64,000 nucleotides of DNA from assembly GCA_963693365.1 (NCBI GenBank), contig CAVNZM010000007.1:1845979-1909978 (forward strand), read 5' to 3'. The position numbers were made by a program, and so were the translations under genes. Source of the stretch: Amoebidium appalachense. Taxonomy: Eukaryota > Protista > Ichthyosporea. Positions 36,507-54,703 of the stretch are shown here, piece by piece. A model generated the notes under the pieces. The model ran no database searches, was not told the origin of the DNA, and was given only the letters and a program-made list of their open reading frames with translations. Position 1 is the stretch's first letter, and the number at the start of each line of letters is the position of its first letter.

Positions 36507-38986
36507 TTCCCCCTCACCCTCTGTTTGTTTTGCAGGAGACGGGCTATGTCGACTACGACAAGCTCGAGAGCACTGCCAAGCTGTTCCGGCCCAACTTGGT
36601 GATCTGCGGTGGCAGCGCTTACCCCCGCGACTGGGACTACGCACGCATGCGCAAGGTACCTGTGTAGTCGTTGTTGGAGGGTGTGTGTGTGTAGGGGGAG
36701 GGGGGGGGGGGGGGGGGGGACCCGAATTGTGGTACTTATTGTTGGTGATGTTCCGACAGAGAATGTATCAGTGTTTCTGAGGAGCTGCTTCTCGGGGGGG
36801 GGGGGGGGGGGGGGGGGGGGGCATTGGAATCTCGTGAAGTTACAAAAAGAAACTATGTGGAAATATTGGAGTAGGGAAATGCTAGCATGTACATGTAGTG
36901 TCGAACAATACTGACTATGACCTCTCTGTTTGTATACTCGCCTGCGCTATATCGCGCGCACACACACACCTACACGTACACGTACATGCACGTACACACA
37001 CAGATTGCCGACGAGCACGAGGCCTACCTGATGATGGACATGGCCCACATCTCCGGCCTGGTGGCTGCCCAGGAGCAGGCCAACCCGTTCGACTACTGCG
37101 ACGTCGTCACCACCACCACCCACAAGGTGTGTGTGTGTGTGTGTTCGGGTACATCCGTAATTGGGTACTTGTGTTGGCACCATGAATGTGTGGATGTGTG
37201 TGTGTGTGTGTGTGTGCTCGCTTGCTCGATCATTCGATACTTGGTGTAGTGTGATTCGAGGGAACTGGTAGCTACACTGCTTGCATCATCTTTCTGCACC
37301 AATCGGCTTATTGCAGTAATATGATTGGCCGGTTTTGGGAAACTACATAGGATTCGTTTGCTTCTCTCAGAGTCAAACGGCCAACTAATCGCATCCTTAA
37401 GACCTGCCTTGCGCCGATTGGTGCAGAAAGACAATGCAAGGCCTGTAAGAGGGTTAGGGGCTGGCCGGAAGGGGGGGGGGGGAGGGGGTCGGAAGTCATA
37501 CTCGAAGATATGCAAAGTGTTTCGAGATGGTAACATGCACTGATTGTAGGTTCTCTTCCCTTCTCGCATGCCCCTCATCCCCCCTCTCCCCTAGCAACCT
37601 CCGTTCACAGCCCTGCGATCTGATTCTCTAAATACGTATGCATCTTTGTACTTTTTTACATCAAGCGCCTCACTGACCTCAACTTCTACTGCACGCATTC
37701 CACCGCACACACGAACACACACACACACAAACACACGTACACGTACACACACACACACACACACACACGTATACACTTTCACGTACACGTACACACGCAC
37801 GCACACGCATGCACACGTACACAAACACAGACCATCCGGGGTCCCCGTGCCGGTCTTATCTTCTACCGCAAGCCCAGCGGGGAAAAGAACGACCGTCTGG
37901 CCGACCTCGAGTCCCGCGTCAACTTCGCCGTGTTCCCCTCCTGCCAGGTGTGTATAATCTCTTGTGTGTGAAATTTGTCATACATGGTGTTTATATAGAT
38001 GATTATATATGTGTTTGAGGTGAATATGGTGCATGTCTGTATCTGTATGTGAAGTCTATCGTGCATCTGTATGTGGATATATGTTTGCATGCTAAGGTAC
38101 TGTGTGCACTTGTTTGCACGCCAAAGTACTTTGGACATGTTTGCATGCTAAGGTACTGTGTGCACCTGTTTGCATGCTGACGTAGTGTGTGCACGTGCTT
38201 GCATGCTGATGTACTGTGTGCACATGTCTGCATGCGGATATACTGTGTGCACATGTCTGCATGCTAACGCACTGTGTGCATATGTCTGCATGCTAACGTA
38301 CTGTGTGCACATGTCTGCATGCTGACATACTGTGTGCACATGCTCGCATTCTAGGATACTGTGTGCACATGTCTGCATGCTGACGTACTGTGTGCACATG
38401 TTTGCATGCTGACGTACTGTGACCACATTTTTGCATGCTGACATACTGTGTGTACAGGGTGGGCCACACAACAACACGATTGCCGCCATTGCCGTGGCGC
38501 TCAAGCAGGCCAACACCCCCGAGTACAAGGCCTATGCCCACCAGCTGCGCATCAACGCACAAGTCGTACGTTTACCCCCTCCCCCTGTGTGTGTGTGTGT
38601 GTGTGTGTGTGCTTCTTAGGGGAAGGGGTATTAGACCGAACATGCCTTAGGCTGTTGAATTCTGGATGCGTTTCCATGGGGGAGAGAGGAATTGAGCCGA
38701 TGGTGTGTGTGTGTGTGTGTTTGGGGGGAGGGGGGGGGGGGGAAGAGATGAGATGCACCGAGGTGATAGGGATTTGGGTGATTTCATCTGTGGATCTACA
38801 CCCCCTTCTATCAAGTGCATCCTGTAGGCCCACCCGTTTGCACCTTGCTAACCTTGGTTTCTGTTTCTCCAATTATCTACATGCTCTTGCACACTTACAA
38901 ACACATTCCCGCTTACAAACACACACATGCACATACTCACTCATACACGCATGCACACACCCCTCCACACGCATGCACACACCCCT

Positions 38987-39021
<35 letters not shown>

Positions 39022-39319
39022 AGATGGCCAAGCGTCTTGTCGAGCACGGCTACACCCTTGTTACCGGGGGCACGGACAACCACTGTGTGCTGTGGGATGT
39101 GCGCCCTCAGGGCCTGACTGGCTCCAAGCTCGAGAAGCTGATGGAGCTTGCTAGGTGAGCAACTTTTTTTTTTTTTTTTTTTTTTCCTTCCGTTTTTTTG
39201 TGGTTTTCTTTGTTCTTTGTTTTATCTTTCCACACTACAATCCATACACCAATCCCGTGCACTTGTATTTCGTGCAGAGTTCTGCATTTACCCCCCCCCC
39301 CCCCCCCCCCCCCTCCGCT

Positions 39320-39397
<78 letters not shown>

Positions 39398-40352
39398 CCC
39401 ACACACCATATCCCCACATCTGGAGCAGGCCCATGTATACTGCAGTGTGCACTTGTTTGTGCCAGCTTGCGTGTCCGTGTGTGTACACGTGTACGTGCAC
39501 ATGCACAATGTGTGCTCACTCTACCTCCCCCCCAGCATCACCATCAACAAGAACGCCGTCCCCAAGGACACAAGCGCGCTTTCCCCCGGCGGTGTCCGTC
39601 TCGGTACGACCCCCCTCCCCCCCCCCCCCCCCCCCCCTGCCGCACCCACCCTCCCACCTTTCGCGCTTCCTCCCTCCTTTCACCCCTCTCCCTTTTCCCC
39701 ACCCTTCTTTTCCATCACCCCATTCCTTTTTTCATTCCAATCCCCCCTCCCTTTATGTGTGGCCCAAGAGATCTATAAATCTCGGGTTAGTTGTGAGATC
39801 GTGTGTTTCATTTTTCATAAGCACATTATAACCATTCCACATACACACATGCACATACAGCCACTTTTTTTTCGGATTAGCAGATGGATCGGAGTAGCTG
39901 GGTGTGATGAAAAGCATACATTATGGAAAGATGTGAATAGGTGCGGCGCAATACTGCTGGCGGAATGGTGTCGTGTGTGTGCATTGCAAGGCTGAAGAAC
40001 CCCTTTCTCTTTATCTGTTGGTGTCCCTGTATTTACCTACAGTTTGCCCATGAAGTGTGCACTTAAGAAGTATACACATGGCATGCACTGGAGATAATTC
40101 ACCTCGCGTCCTCTCTCTACTCGTTACTCAATGATCTAAAGTTTGACCAAAGCAAAGTAGTTTTAGAGAGTTTCTTGACCAATGACGTGGGCGCTTAAAA
40201 AAAAATTCAATTTGGGTCAAATCCTGACCAATGGGAGTGTAGGCACTGCTGCCCTGACGTCCCGTGGCATGAAGGAGGAGGACTTTGTCAAGGTGGCTGA
40301 CTTCCTGCACCGCGGTGTGCAGATTGCCATCAAGATCCAGGTGTGTGTGTGT

Positions 40353-40394
<42 letters not shown>

Positions 40395-40893
40395 CTGGAG
40401 GGGGAGAAGGGCTGGAGGGTACGGGTGTGGGTGGGTGGGTGGGTGTATGTTGGGGACTAGGAGGGGGGCGGGGGGAGGGGGGCTTGTGTCGTGATGTGTC
40501 GTTGTGCCTCCAGTGGGGGGGGGGGGGGGGGGGGGGGAGTTGTGGGTGTGTTGTGGGATGTTTGGAATGTGTGTGTGTGGGCACGTACATGTGTGTGTGT
40601 GTGTTTTGCATTTAATGCTGAATCTGTGTGTGTGCAGGAGACGTCTGGCAAGGCACTGAAGGACTTCATTGCTGCCCTCCCTGGCAACGAGGACATCAAG
40701 GTAAACACACGTACATAGATGCATGAACAGCCAGGCTGAGACACGGGTGTATTTGCACGTCACATACTCACACTTGCAACCAACCAACCAACCAACCAAC
40801 CAACCAACCAACCCCCCCCCCCCCCCCCCCCCCCCCCCCGCACCATGCTTCTCGTTGTGTATATGTGCTTCGTACCTTGTTCCGCATTTACCC

Positions 40894-40928
<35 letters not shown>

Positions 40929-41393
40929 TTTTCCTCCTTGGGGAACAGCGGCAAAAATGAAAAAAGAGAAAAAGTCGAGAATAGAGAAGTGGGAAGTTAA
41001 TGGATTAAAGAAGGAAGAAGGCAGGCACTTTGTGGCATTTACAGTTAACACAATGCTCGTATGTTGAAGAGGATCCTCTGTAAGTGTGTTGCAACGAATT
41101 ACTGCCGAAGGTTGAGGTGTTTGGCGGTTGTGGTCCTGGTGTCTGTGTGGGGGGGGAAGGGGGGGTAAAAGATGTCCGGTGTTTGCATCTCGACGCATTC
41201 AAAGTGAATACTAATTTGATTTTAACTCCCTACCTCCTCACACACCTGTGCACACGTAACACACACACATACACACACAACACACACACACACGCACACA
41301 CACACACAGGCGCTGGAGAAGGACGTCGAGGCCTTCGCCAAGGCCTTCCCCATGCCCGGCTGGGAGATCAGCGGCATGAAGTACAAGGATTAA
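33106..41393 (+). CDS. SHMT: Serine hydroxymethyltransferase, cytosolic type
   Basis: Exons 33106-33108 (ATG only, inferred), 33519-33690, 34257-34388, 34814-34898, 35740-35824, 36536-36655, 37004-37126, 37831-37947, 38458-38565, 39024-39154, 39536-39603, 40243-40340, 40638-40700, 41310-41393. Motifs [36 protein letters not shown] (PLP lysine), QGGPHN; no transit peptide. Confidence 0.96.
35208..35472 (+). mobile_element. Diverged solo pseudo-LTR copy in an SHMT intron
   Basis: Aligns with about 20641-20900 and shows the compensatory change gaccta/taggtc to gaccca/tgggtc. Confidence 0.9.
36341..36476 (+). repeat. Degenerate pseudo-LTR 3' fragment
   Basis: cgaaactcgggttctgtggatgac...atgggctctgcttattacgcat...cattcta followed by a C-run. 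Confidence 0.8.
38081..38457 (+). repeat. Tandem array of about 13 x 29-bp units at the 3' end of an SHMT intron
   Basis: Unit gtYtgcatgctRacgtactgtgtgcacat; the last unit ends tgtgtacag at the splice acceptor. Confidence 0.9.
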
Positions 41394-43530
41394 ATTTCCA
41401 CTTCAAACCCCCCTATCTCCCACGAATTTTCACAATTTCTGGTGTTGTTCTAACTTCACTCCATCCATATGTACATCACACAATGACACATCATATTGCA
41501 CACGGGTTTTGCCACCCACCACACGTTCATTCAAGTCAGCTAATGACGTAAGAGTAACTCCTGTGGGGTCTTTTACGTTTTGTGGTGTCTGTAGTATGCA
41601 TATAGGAGTTAGTTGTAGAAAAAACGGCGCATTTTCATAGTGAGCCGTGGGCTGCCGCAGTGATATAGGTAGGATTAAACCCCCCTGGAAATGAGTGCAA
41701 ATTCGCAAACCGTGGACTGAGTCTGCGCATATGATTAATAAAAAGGAATGGGATGGCAAAAGCGCGCAGGCAGGGGGATCGGGGAGGAGGCGGGGGAGGG
41801 GAGGGGTGTGTGTGTCGACATGGCTGATATAATGGCAAGTTTTTTTCACACACACTTTTTAAACTGAGACTTGCCCCCCCCCCCCCCCCCCCCCCCACAC
41901 ACACACACCCCTCGTGATGATGGGCTCTGCTTGTAGTCTGCATTCTCCTAAGAGTGAGGATTCGTTCGTTCCCCTAAAAATCGGGATTGTTGCACCTTGG
42001 TTGTGATTCTTTGTACCGCACTTCATATATTCCTATTTTTTTGGTTGTTAAATAAATTAAAAAAAAACGTACAACACAGCATAACAATGCCCATGCACAC
42101 CCCTTGCTTTCTGTATGCCCTGCATATAACATGCGTGTGCTTCATAGTAATAGACCCCGGTGCACTTGAAACTTCTTAAATTTGGTGCGATCACGTGTCC
42201 CCCCCCTCCCCTCCCCCGCCTCCTCCCCGATCCCCCTGCCTGCGCGCTTTTGCCATCCCTGCTGAGCATTTCGCTCACCATTTGTTAATGCATTTCTCTT
42301 CAAGCACGTGTGCATGTGAGCTCCGAATCAGCAGTTGCAGAATCGGCATTTTATATATATCCTAGGCCTTCGCTAATGAATCGGTCCGGGAATGTGTGCT
42401 TAAGCTTTAAAAATTTAACTCGACTCCTCCCCCTCCATCCCTCTCCCCCCCCCCCCCCTCCCCCCCCTTAGTCTCCGGGGCCCCCCTCCTTCCGTCCCCT
42501 CCGCCTTTCCCGGGATCCCCCAGCTGGCAGCGCACGATGTGGTGCTATTTCACAAACACGCGCATGAGCGTAATACACAACCACAGATTCCCACCACCAA
42601 CAACAACAACATACACACCGTGTGCACAGTGAACACACAAACACGTTGAACTTCACACGCACACACATGCCTACAACAACACACACATAAACACATCCAC
42701 ACGCATGAATGTTCTTACAACAACACACATGCACACACGAACACATTCACACCAGTGGAACGTGCTTTTTAACAACATAAACAGCTAAACATCACGTTCA
42801 CACACACTGCATGCACGCACAGTTGCATCATCTTTTAACAACGCACACAACACATTCACATGCGTTGCAATCGCATGAGCTTTTATAATCAAGACACACA
42901 CACAAACATATTCGAACTCACAAGCATGTACACCAGCACATCTTGGCAAGTTGTCACGGATTTTTCATGCGGGTGATACACACATGGTACATGAAATTTT
43001 GTTAGCTTAAATATATCTTTTAAACTTAGTAAAATATGTTATAAATGGCACTCATGGGTGTGGCATCGGGTCTTCATCGTGCGCTAGTAACGGCTATCTC
43101 TAGATGACTTTATCTATCGCAATACACACTACATAGCATGGCCCGGGCAGAATAAATTTTTCAGTGCTAATATATCTAATCTCACATGTAAATCACAATA
43201 TAGGACCCCAGTTGGGGCCAAAAACATAGGTGTTAACATTACGTAAGTGTCTTAATAAGAGTTCTATTTTCTGATTTGCCTCGAATATTATGAATCCACC
43301 AAAAAGGCATGCATATGCGCTTAATATACAAAAATTTATATATTTAAGTAACTCAATGCAATTGGGAGACCAAATCAGGTCCCAGTAAAGGCATTTATAA
43401 TCCCCTGAGTTGACACCAAATCTATATATTCCTTAACCCACTTAACTTAAACCCACACATGAATAAGCACACATAGCCGACCCGAATCGGATAAGTTTCG
43501 GCTCAAAAAATCGACCCGGCCCATGAGTTT

Positions 43531-50098
<6,568 letters not shown>

Positions 50099-51409
50099 TT
50101 TAGCGCTATTTATCGGTGTATTGGCACACACGTAGCTAACAGCTCATAATACGTATAGGACAAATTACGCGAGGCTTCAATTCAAGGCAACTTGCCCAAA
50201 AATGAACTGCGCTCACTTGCCACCACGCACGTCACAGTGTGCCACGACTACATACATGGGGTTTACACACTTTTTATTGCGTGGACACTGCCGGAGGCCC
50301 AGCCACATTCGATGGCCTACTGCGTTTTCCAGCACAGCCAATCAAATGCAGCCAGTGACATATGTACATCTAGGCAACAATGAGCGCCATCGTAGTATCT
50401 GACACCCCTATTACATAAATGCTAGCATCGGTAGCTCCGAAAGAAAGTTAAGGCACCGGATCACAATATCATACTGTGCAGCATTAATAAGGTGATCTAG
50501 GATAGTCATCTTAAAACGGATATATTGAGGAAGAGAGGAAGAAAAGAGAATAAAACCGCCAATAACCTCCGGTTCTAATACATTAGCTAACAGGTTGCAT
50601 TTATTGATAGATATGCAGCCGCGAGTAAACCGCCCCCCACACATATTACACATACGAGCAGGAGACACCAGAAACCGATTACACCGCCAAGCCATAATCA
50701 TCTTTGCGTTTTTACACCACACCACATTACGAATAAACGAATCTATGTATGAACGAGACTCTCTAACCGTATCCGCCATATAGGCTACTAGTAGTTGGTG
50801 TTTTTGCGGTCCTAACACCGGAAGGGACTCAACACGTAGAGTAAAAAGATATCTATCAGCCATAGACTTGAAACTATTCATATTCACACTATGATCTAGC
50901 CGTACCTCCGGGGGGGTCGCCAGCCATTCCACATAGCGCTCGGCAATGGGCAGAGACGATGGGGAAGGGAAGAGGTAGAGGGGCGAATCCGGCGGGGATG
51001 CGTGTAGCCGGAAGAGCGGGTGGTCCGGGGCACAAGCGGACAGGCGGGTGATGTGCTCGTGAAATTTAAGGGCTAATTCGTGTACGCGTTGTGATGGTGG
51101 TGTGAGTGCGTAGAGAGAATCAAAAAGGCGTCTAGGGATAGGTGTGGAAAGACCAGTGAGAAACATACAACAAGTTGTGTAATGGAAATCATCTATTGAT
51201 TTGAGGACATTAGTAACAGTATCAGGGGGTGCCATAGCTAGTAAGGGCAACCCGTATTCCGACAAAGGGCAAATATATGTGCGAAATATACTAAGACGAT
51301 TGTATAGGTGGACAGTATGAGAAAGAGTAGCAAGATACACATCCCGAAATAACCGAAGACACCTGCCTGCACTCTCCACCCGACGGTCGATCATCCGTTT
51401 GAAACATAT

Positions 51410-54400
51410 TGATGCATCCGAAATGTACTCTGATCGGAGAACTTAGCGGCCATAAGTACTCTGACCGCAGTACTTTAGGAATGCTTGTTTCGGAAGGATA
51501 CCGCGAGCTATTGGGGCCCAGGAGCCCGCTTTTTTTTGTACAGCCAGTAAGAAAACATAAGTTTACACCTTTTTTGTCTTTGGTACGGTAACTAACAAGG
51601 CCTTCCCTAGCTTTTATTGGTTGCCGACGCTGTTGCAAGTTTTTGAATTCATGCTCGACAACAACATGATTCATGATCAAACGGACGAAACTTGCTGAGT
51701 CCGCGAACACAACAAGCCATGGGTTTCATGTGAAAGATGAGCGCCCAACATGGCCAAAACATTAGACCCAATAGAGTCACTTTATTCTGGAGCTCGTGTC
51801 TGTTGTTTTGCATACATATTTGACGGGGTTCAGGGGGAAGATTTCACAGATGACACCACACGTTGGTCTTACAAGAAGTTCGGCCTGAGTTGGGACACAC
51901 AAATACTGGTTGGCACAGTAGTGAAACGATGCAAGACAAACGAAGGCAGTGAATGGAAAGTAAAGTTTGATTTTGACGGTACCACAGAAGTAGTTCTGCG
52001 CCATCAGCTAACTTTAATAGATGAAGAAGACAGTGAACACACAAGTAGCGAGCTAGAGAGTGATAGTGACGAAGATCCAGATGGAGACATCCAACAAGTA
52101 GAGATTCCTGTCACAGACAGTGAGAATGAAGATGAGATAGAACTTGTAGATGAACAAGTAGAGTTACCTACCCCCACCGACCCCACGTGCACCTTGCAAT
52201 GGACCATTCCAGATGAGCAAGTACTTGACAAAAGAACAGGCCCACGCAGAAAACCAACCATTCCACTAGCACTAAACAAGCGCAAGAGTGTTCTGTGTTT
52301 GTTTGAACACTTCATGCCTATGGAGTATATCTTCACAGCAGTCATTCCACTCACAAACGAAGTAGGTCGTGCACGTTACAAAAATTGGGTTGACTTAACC
52401 CCGGGTGAGCTACTTAGGTGGTTGGGTATGTGGATTTACATGGCTGGAACATTCGAACCCGGCTCGAGATCGAACTACTGGACGTCGGCAGCAGAGAACC
52501 CAAGCCACATATTTCCCGTACACGACTTTGCCCGCTTCATGACCGAACACCGGTTCGAAAACATCCGTGCCTGCTTTACCGTCACCGACATCACTCAATA
52601 TCCGGAGGATGATCCACTGAAAGACACACGCGGTTTCATGGAAGCACTGCAGAGTCGGTGCCGTTGCTCTATCGAGCCCGGGGATGAATTATGTGAAGAC
52701 GAGGCCATCTTTGCCAGCTATCATTGCAACCTTCCGTGCCAAATCTATATAAAACGAAAACCCCACCCTCTCGGTCAAGAAATAAAAACTCTACACGACT
52801 GTGTAACCAACATACTCATTAACTTCGAAATGAACGAGGGGAAGCTTAGGATGGCAAGCAAACCGTACCGACAGTTGGGAGCTGGAACAGGCACCACCTT
52901 GCGTCTTCTAACCCCAAGGGCCAACCCCACCCACCGTAACCCCAGAACGATCGTCGGAGACAGCTGGTTTGGGTCAGTAACCGGGACAAGGGAAGTGTAC
53001 AAAATCGGATTCTACGCACTTTTCAATGTCAAAACCGCAACCAGAGACTTTCCCCTCAACATGTTGGACCTTCTATGTGAGGAAGGACGTGGTGTATGGT
53101 CGGAGGCAGTGTGCAGTGTGGACGGAGTAGACCTCGTTGCGGTGTTATGGAGAAACAAGAACTACAGTATGAAAGTGATCACCTCATGTTCAAGTACTCA
53201 GCCGGGTCAACCGAGAAAATCACGAAACGGAAATGACGTCCCCCAACCGAAAGCAGTCGAAGAATACTTCGAAAACTACAACATGGCCGATATATTCAAC
53301 AAAACACGAATGTTAAACGGCTCTGTGGACGAAGCCTTGGGCACTAAACGTCACCAACTCCGCACCTTTGGGGGGCTTCTGGGGTTTGTAGTAGCAAACG
53401 TACACTTTGCATACAGATACTTTGGCAAATCCACAAACACGAGCATGGACACAAGGCGTGAGCTAGCAGAAGCACTCATATGCAACCCCCACCTGCCTGC
53501 ACTAGAATACCCCCTTCCCCCTGCTGCTCCTGCCCCCCATGCTCTACACGGACACCAGCGTGCCAGAAAAGAAAGAAAAGGTAGATGCGTTCTCTGCTTT
53601 AGGAACAAAGGGGAACGTCACCAGACACATACCTACTGCATCAAGTGTAATGTGTTTCTCTGCAATGATCAAACACGTGCATGCTTCGAAAACCACATCA
53701 CACATGGTGTTCCTCCACGCACACGCACGAAAGTCAACACAAACACAGGCCCGGTACGATCACGCAGAAACACTACACGTTAAAGTACCTTCTGCCCACT
53801 GGTCAGTTTCTGTACATTGCGCAACACTCATTTGTCGTTTTCGGATTAGGGGTGATTTGTTTGGTTTTTATTCGTTTCTTCGAAACTGTTTGTGGTAACT
53901 AGATGCTAAAAGGGTTATTTGAAGTGTGTGTACCGAAAAAAACGAATTTGAAAGCTGATGTCAATGTTTCTCAAACGAAAAAATGCACCTGTGGTGCAAA
54001 AGCAACAACGTGAACGTTTAAAGTATGCATCTTTGGCACGCATTTGTAACAAGTTTGACGTTTTTCTTGGCTCAGGCCTATGGCCTCCCGGTGCCAGAAC
54101 CCGTAAAGTGCAAAATAAGCCATACCAACAAGCATTCCGAGAAATTATTGTAGTCATGGGGTGCGCAAACACTACAAAGTTCTCCGTAAATTGAAGCTCA
54201 AAATCGTTGAATGCCTACCATTACTTACTAAGCCACTACCCCGCCAAGAATTTTTCTACGGTTTTTTTGTGATGTGCTTGTTCCCTGTCACGTTAGGGTA
54301 AAATGGTGAGAAAAAGAGAGTAACACGTGCAAAACTGACCCTGCGCCAGGCGTTTTTATATGATGACGTCATACAGTACTCTGGTTGGAGCATTTATCGA

Positions 54401-54414
54401 TTCAGGTCGGATCA
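51410..54414 (+). mobile_element. piggyBac-superfamily DNA transposon, 3005 bp, ATAT target-site duplication
   Basis: ATAT at 51406-51409 and 54415-54418, termini TGAT...ATCA, subterminal GTACTCTG repeats at both ends; removal restores the LINE frame. Confidence 0.85.
51750..53783 (+). CDS. piggyBac-like DDD transposase (677 aa), intact ORF
   Basis: Acidic N-terminus; LTPGELLRWLG, MTEHRFENI, CEDEA, KRKPHPLG, VGDSWFGS, NMADIFN; C-terminal Cys-rich CVLC...YCIKCNVFLC...CFENH. Confidence 0.92.
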   Translation: MAKTLDPIESLYSGARVCCFAYIFDGVQGEDFTDDTTRWSYKKFGLSWDTQILVGTVVKRCKTNEGSEWKVKFDFDGTTEVVLRHQLTLIDEEDSEHTSSELESDSDEDPDGDIQQVEIPVTDSENEDEIELVDEQVELPTPTDPTCTLQWTIPDEQVLDKRTGPRRKPTIPLALNKRKSVLCLFEHFMPMEYIFTAVIPLTNEVGRARYKNWVDLTPGELLRWLGMWIYMAGTFEPGSRSNYWTSAAENPSHIFPVHDFARFMTEHRFENIRACFTVTDITQYPEDDPLKDTRGFMEALQSRCRCSIEPGDELCEDEAIFASYHCNLPCQIYIKRKPHPLGQEIKTLHDCVTNILINFEMNEGKLRMASKPYRQLGAGTGTTLRLLTPRANPTHRNPRTIVGDSWFGSVTGTREVYKIGFYALFNVKTATRDFPLNMLDLLCEEGRGVWSEAVCSVDGVDLVAVLWRNKNYSMKVITSCSSTQPGQPRKSRNGNDVPQPKAVEEYFENYNMADIFNKTRMLNGSVDEALGTKRHQLRTFGGLLGFVVANVHFAYRYFGKSTNTSMDTRRELAEALICNPHLPALEYPLPPAAPAPHALHGHQRARKERKGRCVLCFRNKGERHQTHTYCIKCNVFLCNDQTRACFENHITHGVPPRTRTKVNTNTGPVRSRRNTTR

Positions 54415-54440
54415 ATATGCCCCATTCGTCCACCGGAATC

Positions 54441-54703
54441 TGTATGAGCGAGATATCCCTTGGATAGTCGGGCCTATAGACCCCCCTCTCTGATAGACCC
54501 CCCTGGCATGCCCCTAGCCTGCCGCACGCATCATGCCAGCTCAGTCTCTCGCTGGGCTCTCTCGTTCAGGTCTGATCCTTTCTAGCTGCCACGTGTCGTA
54601 GCTCTCGCGCACGTCTGACAATACAGACTCACCCACGTTATCACGAGGTCAGTGTCCCTTTGCCTGTCTTGTCTCCTTTCCGTGCCTGGAGCACGTTGAC
54701 ACA
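54441..54703. mobile_element. Solo LTR (263 bp) inserted in the LINE
   Basis: TGT...ACA termini with imperfect inverted ends; 4-bp TSD AATC at 54437-54440 and 54704-54707; no ORF. Confidence 0.8.

Noticed and set aside
38081-38457. CRISPR-like array
   Set aside because: Units are contiguous with no unique spacers, sit in a spliceosomal intron, and there are no cas genes.
53900-54310. Canonical TTAA/CCC piggyBac ends (gggttat at 53911, tagggtaa at 54294)
   Set aside because: No matching left end; the true boundaries are defined by the ATAT TSD and LINE frame restoration.
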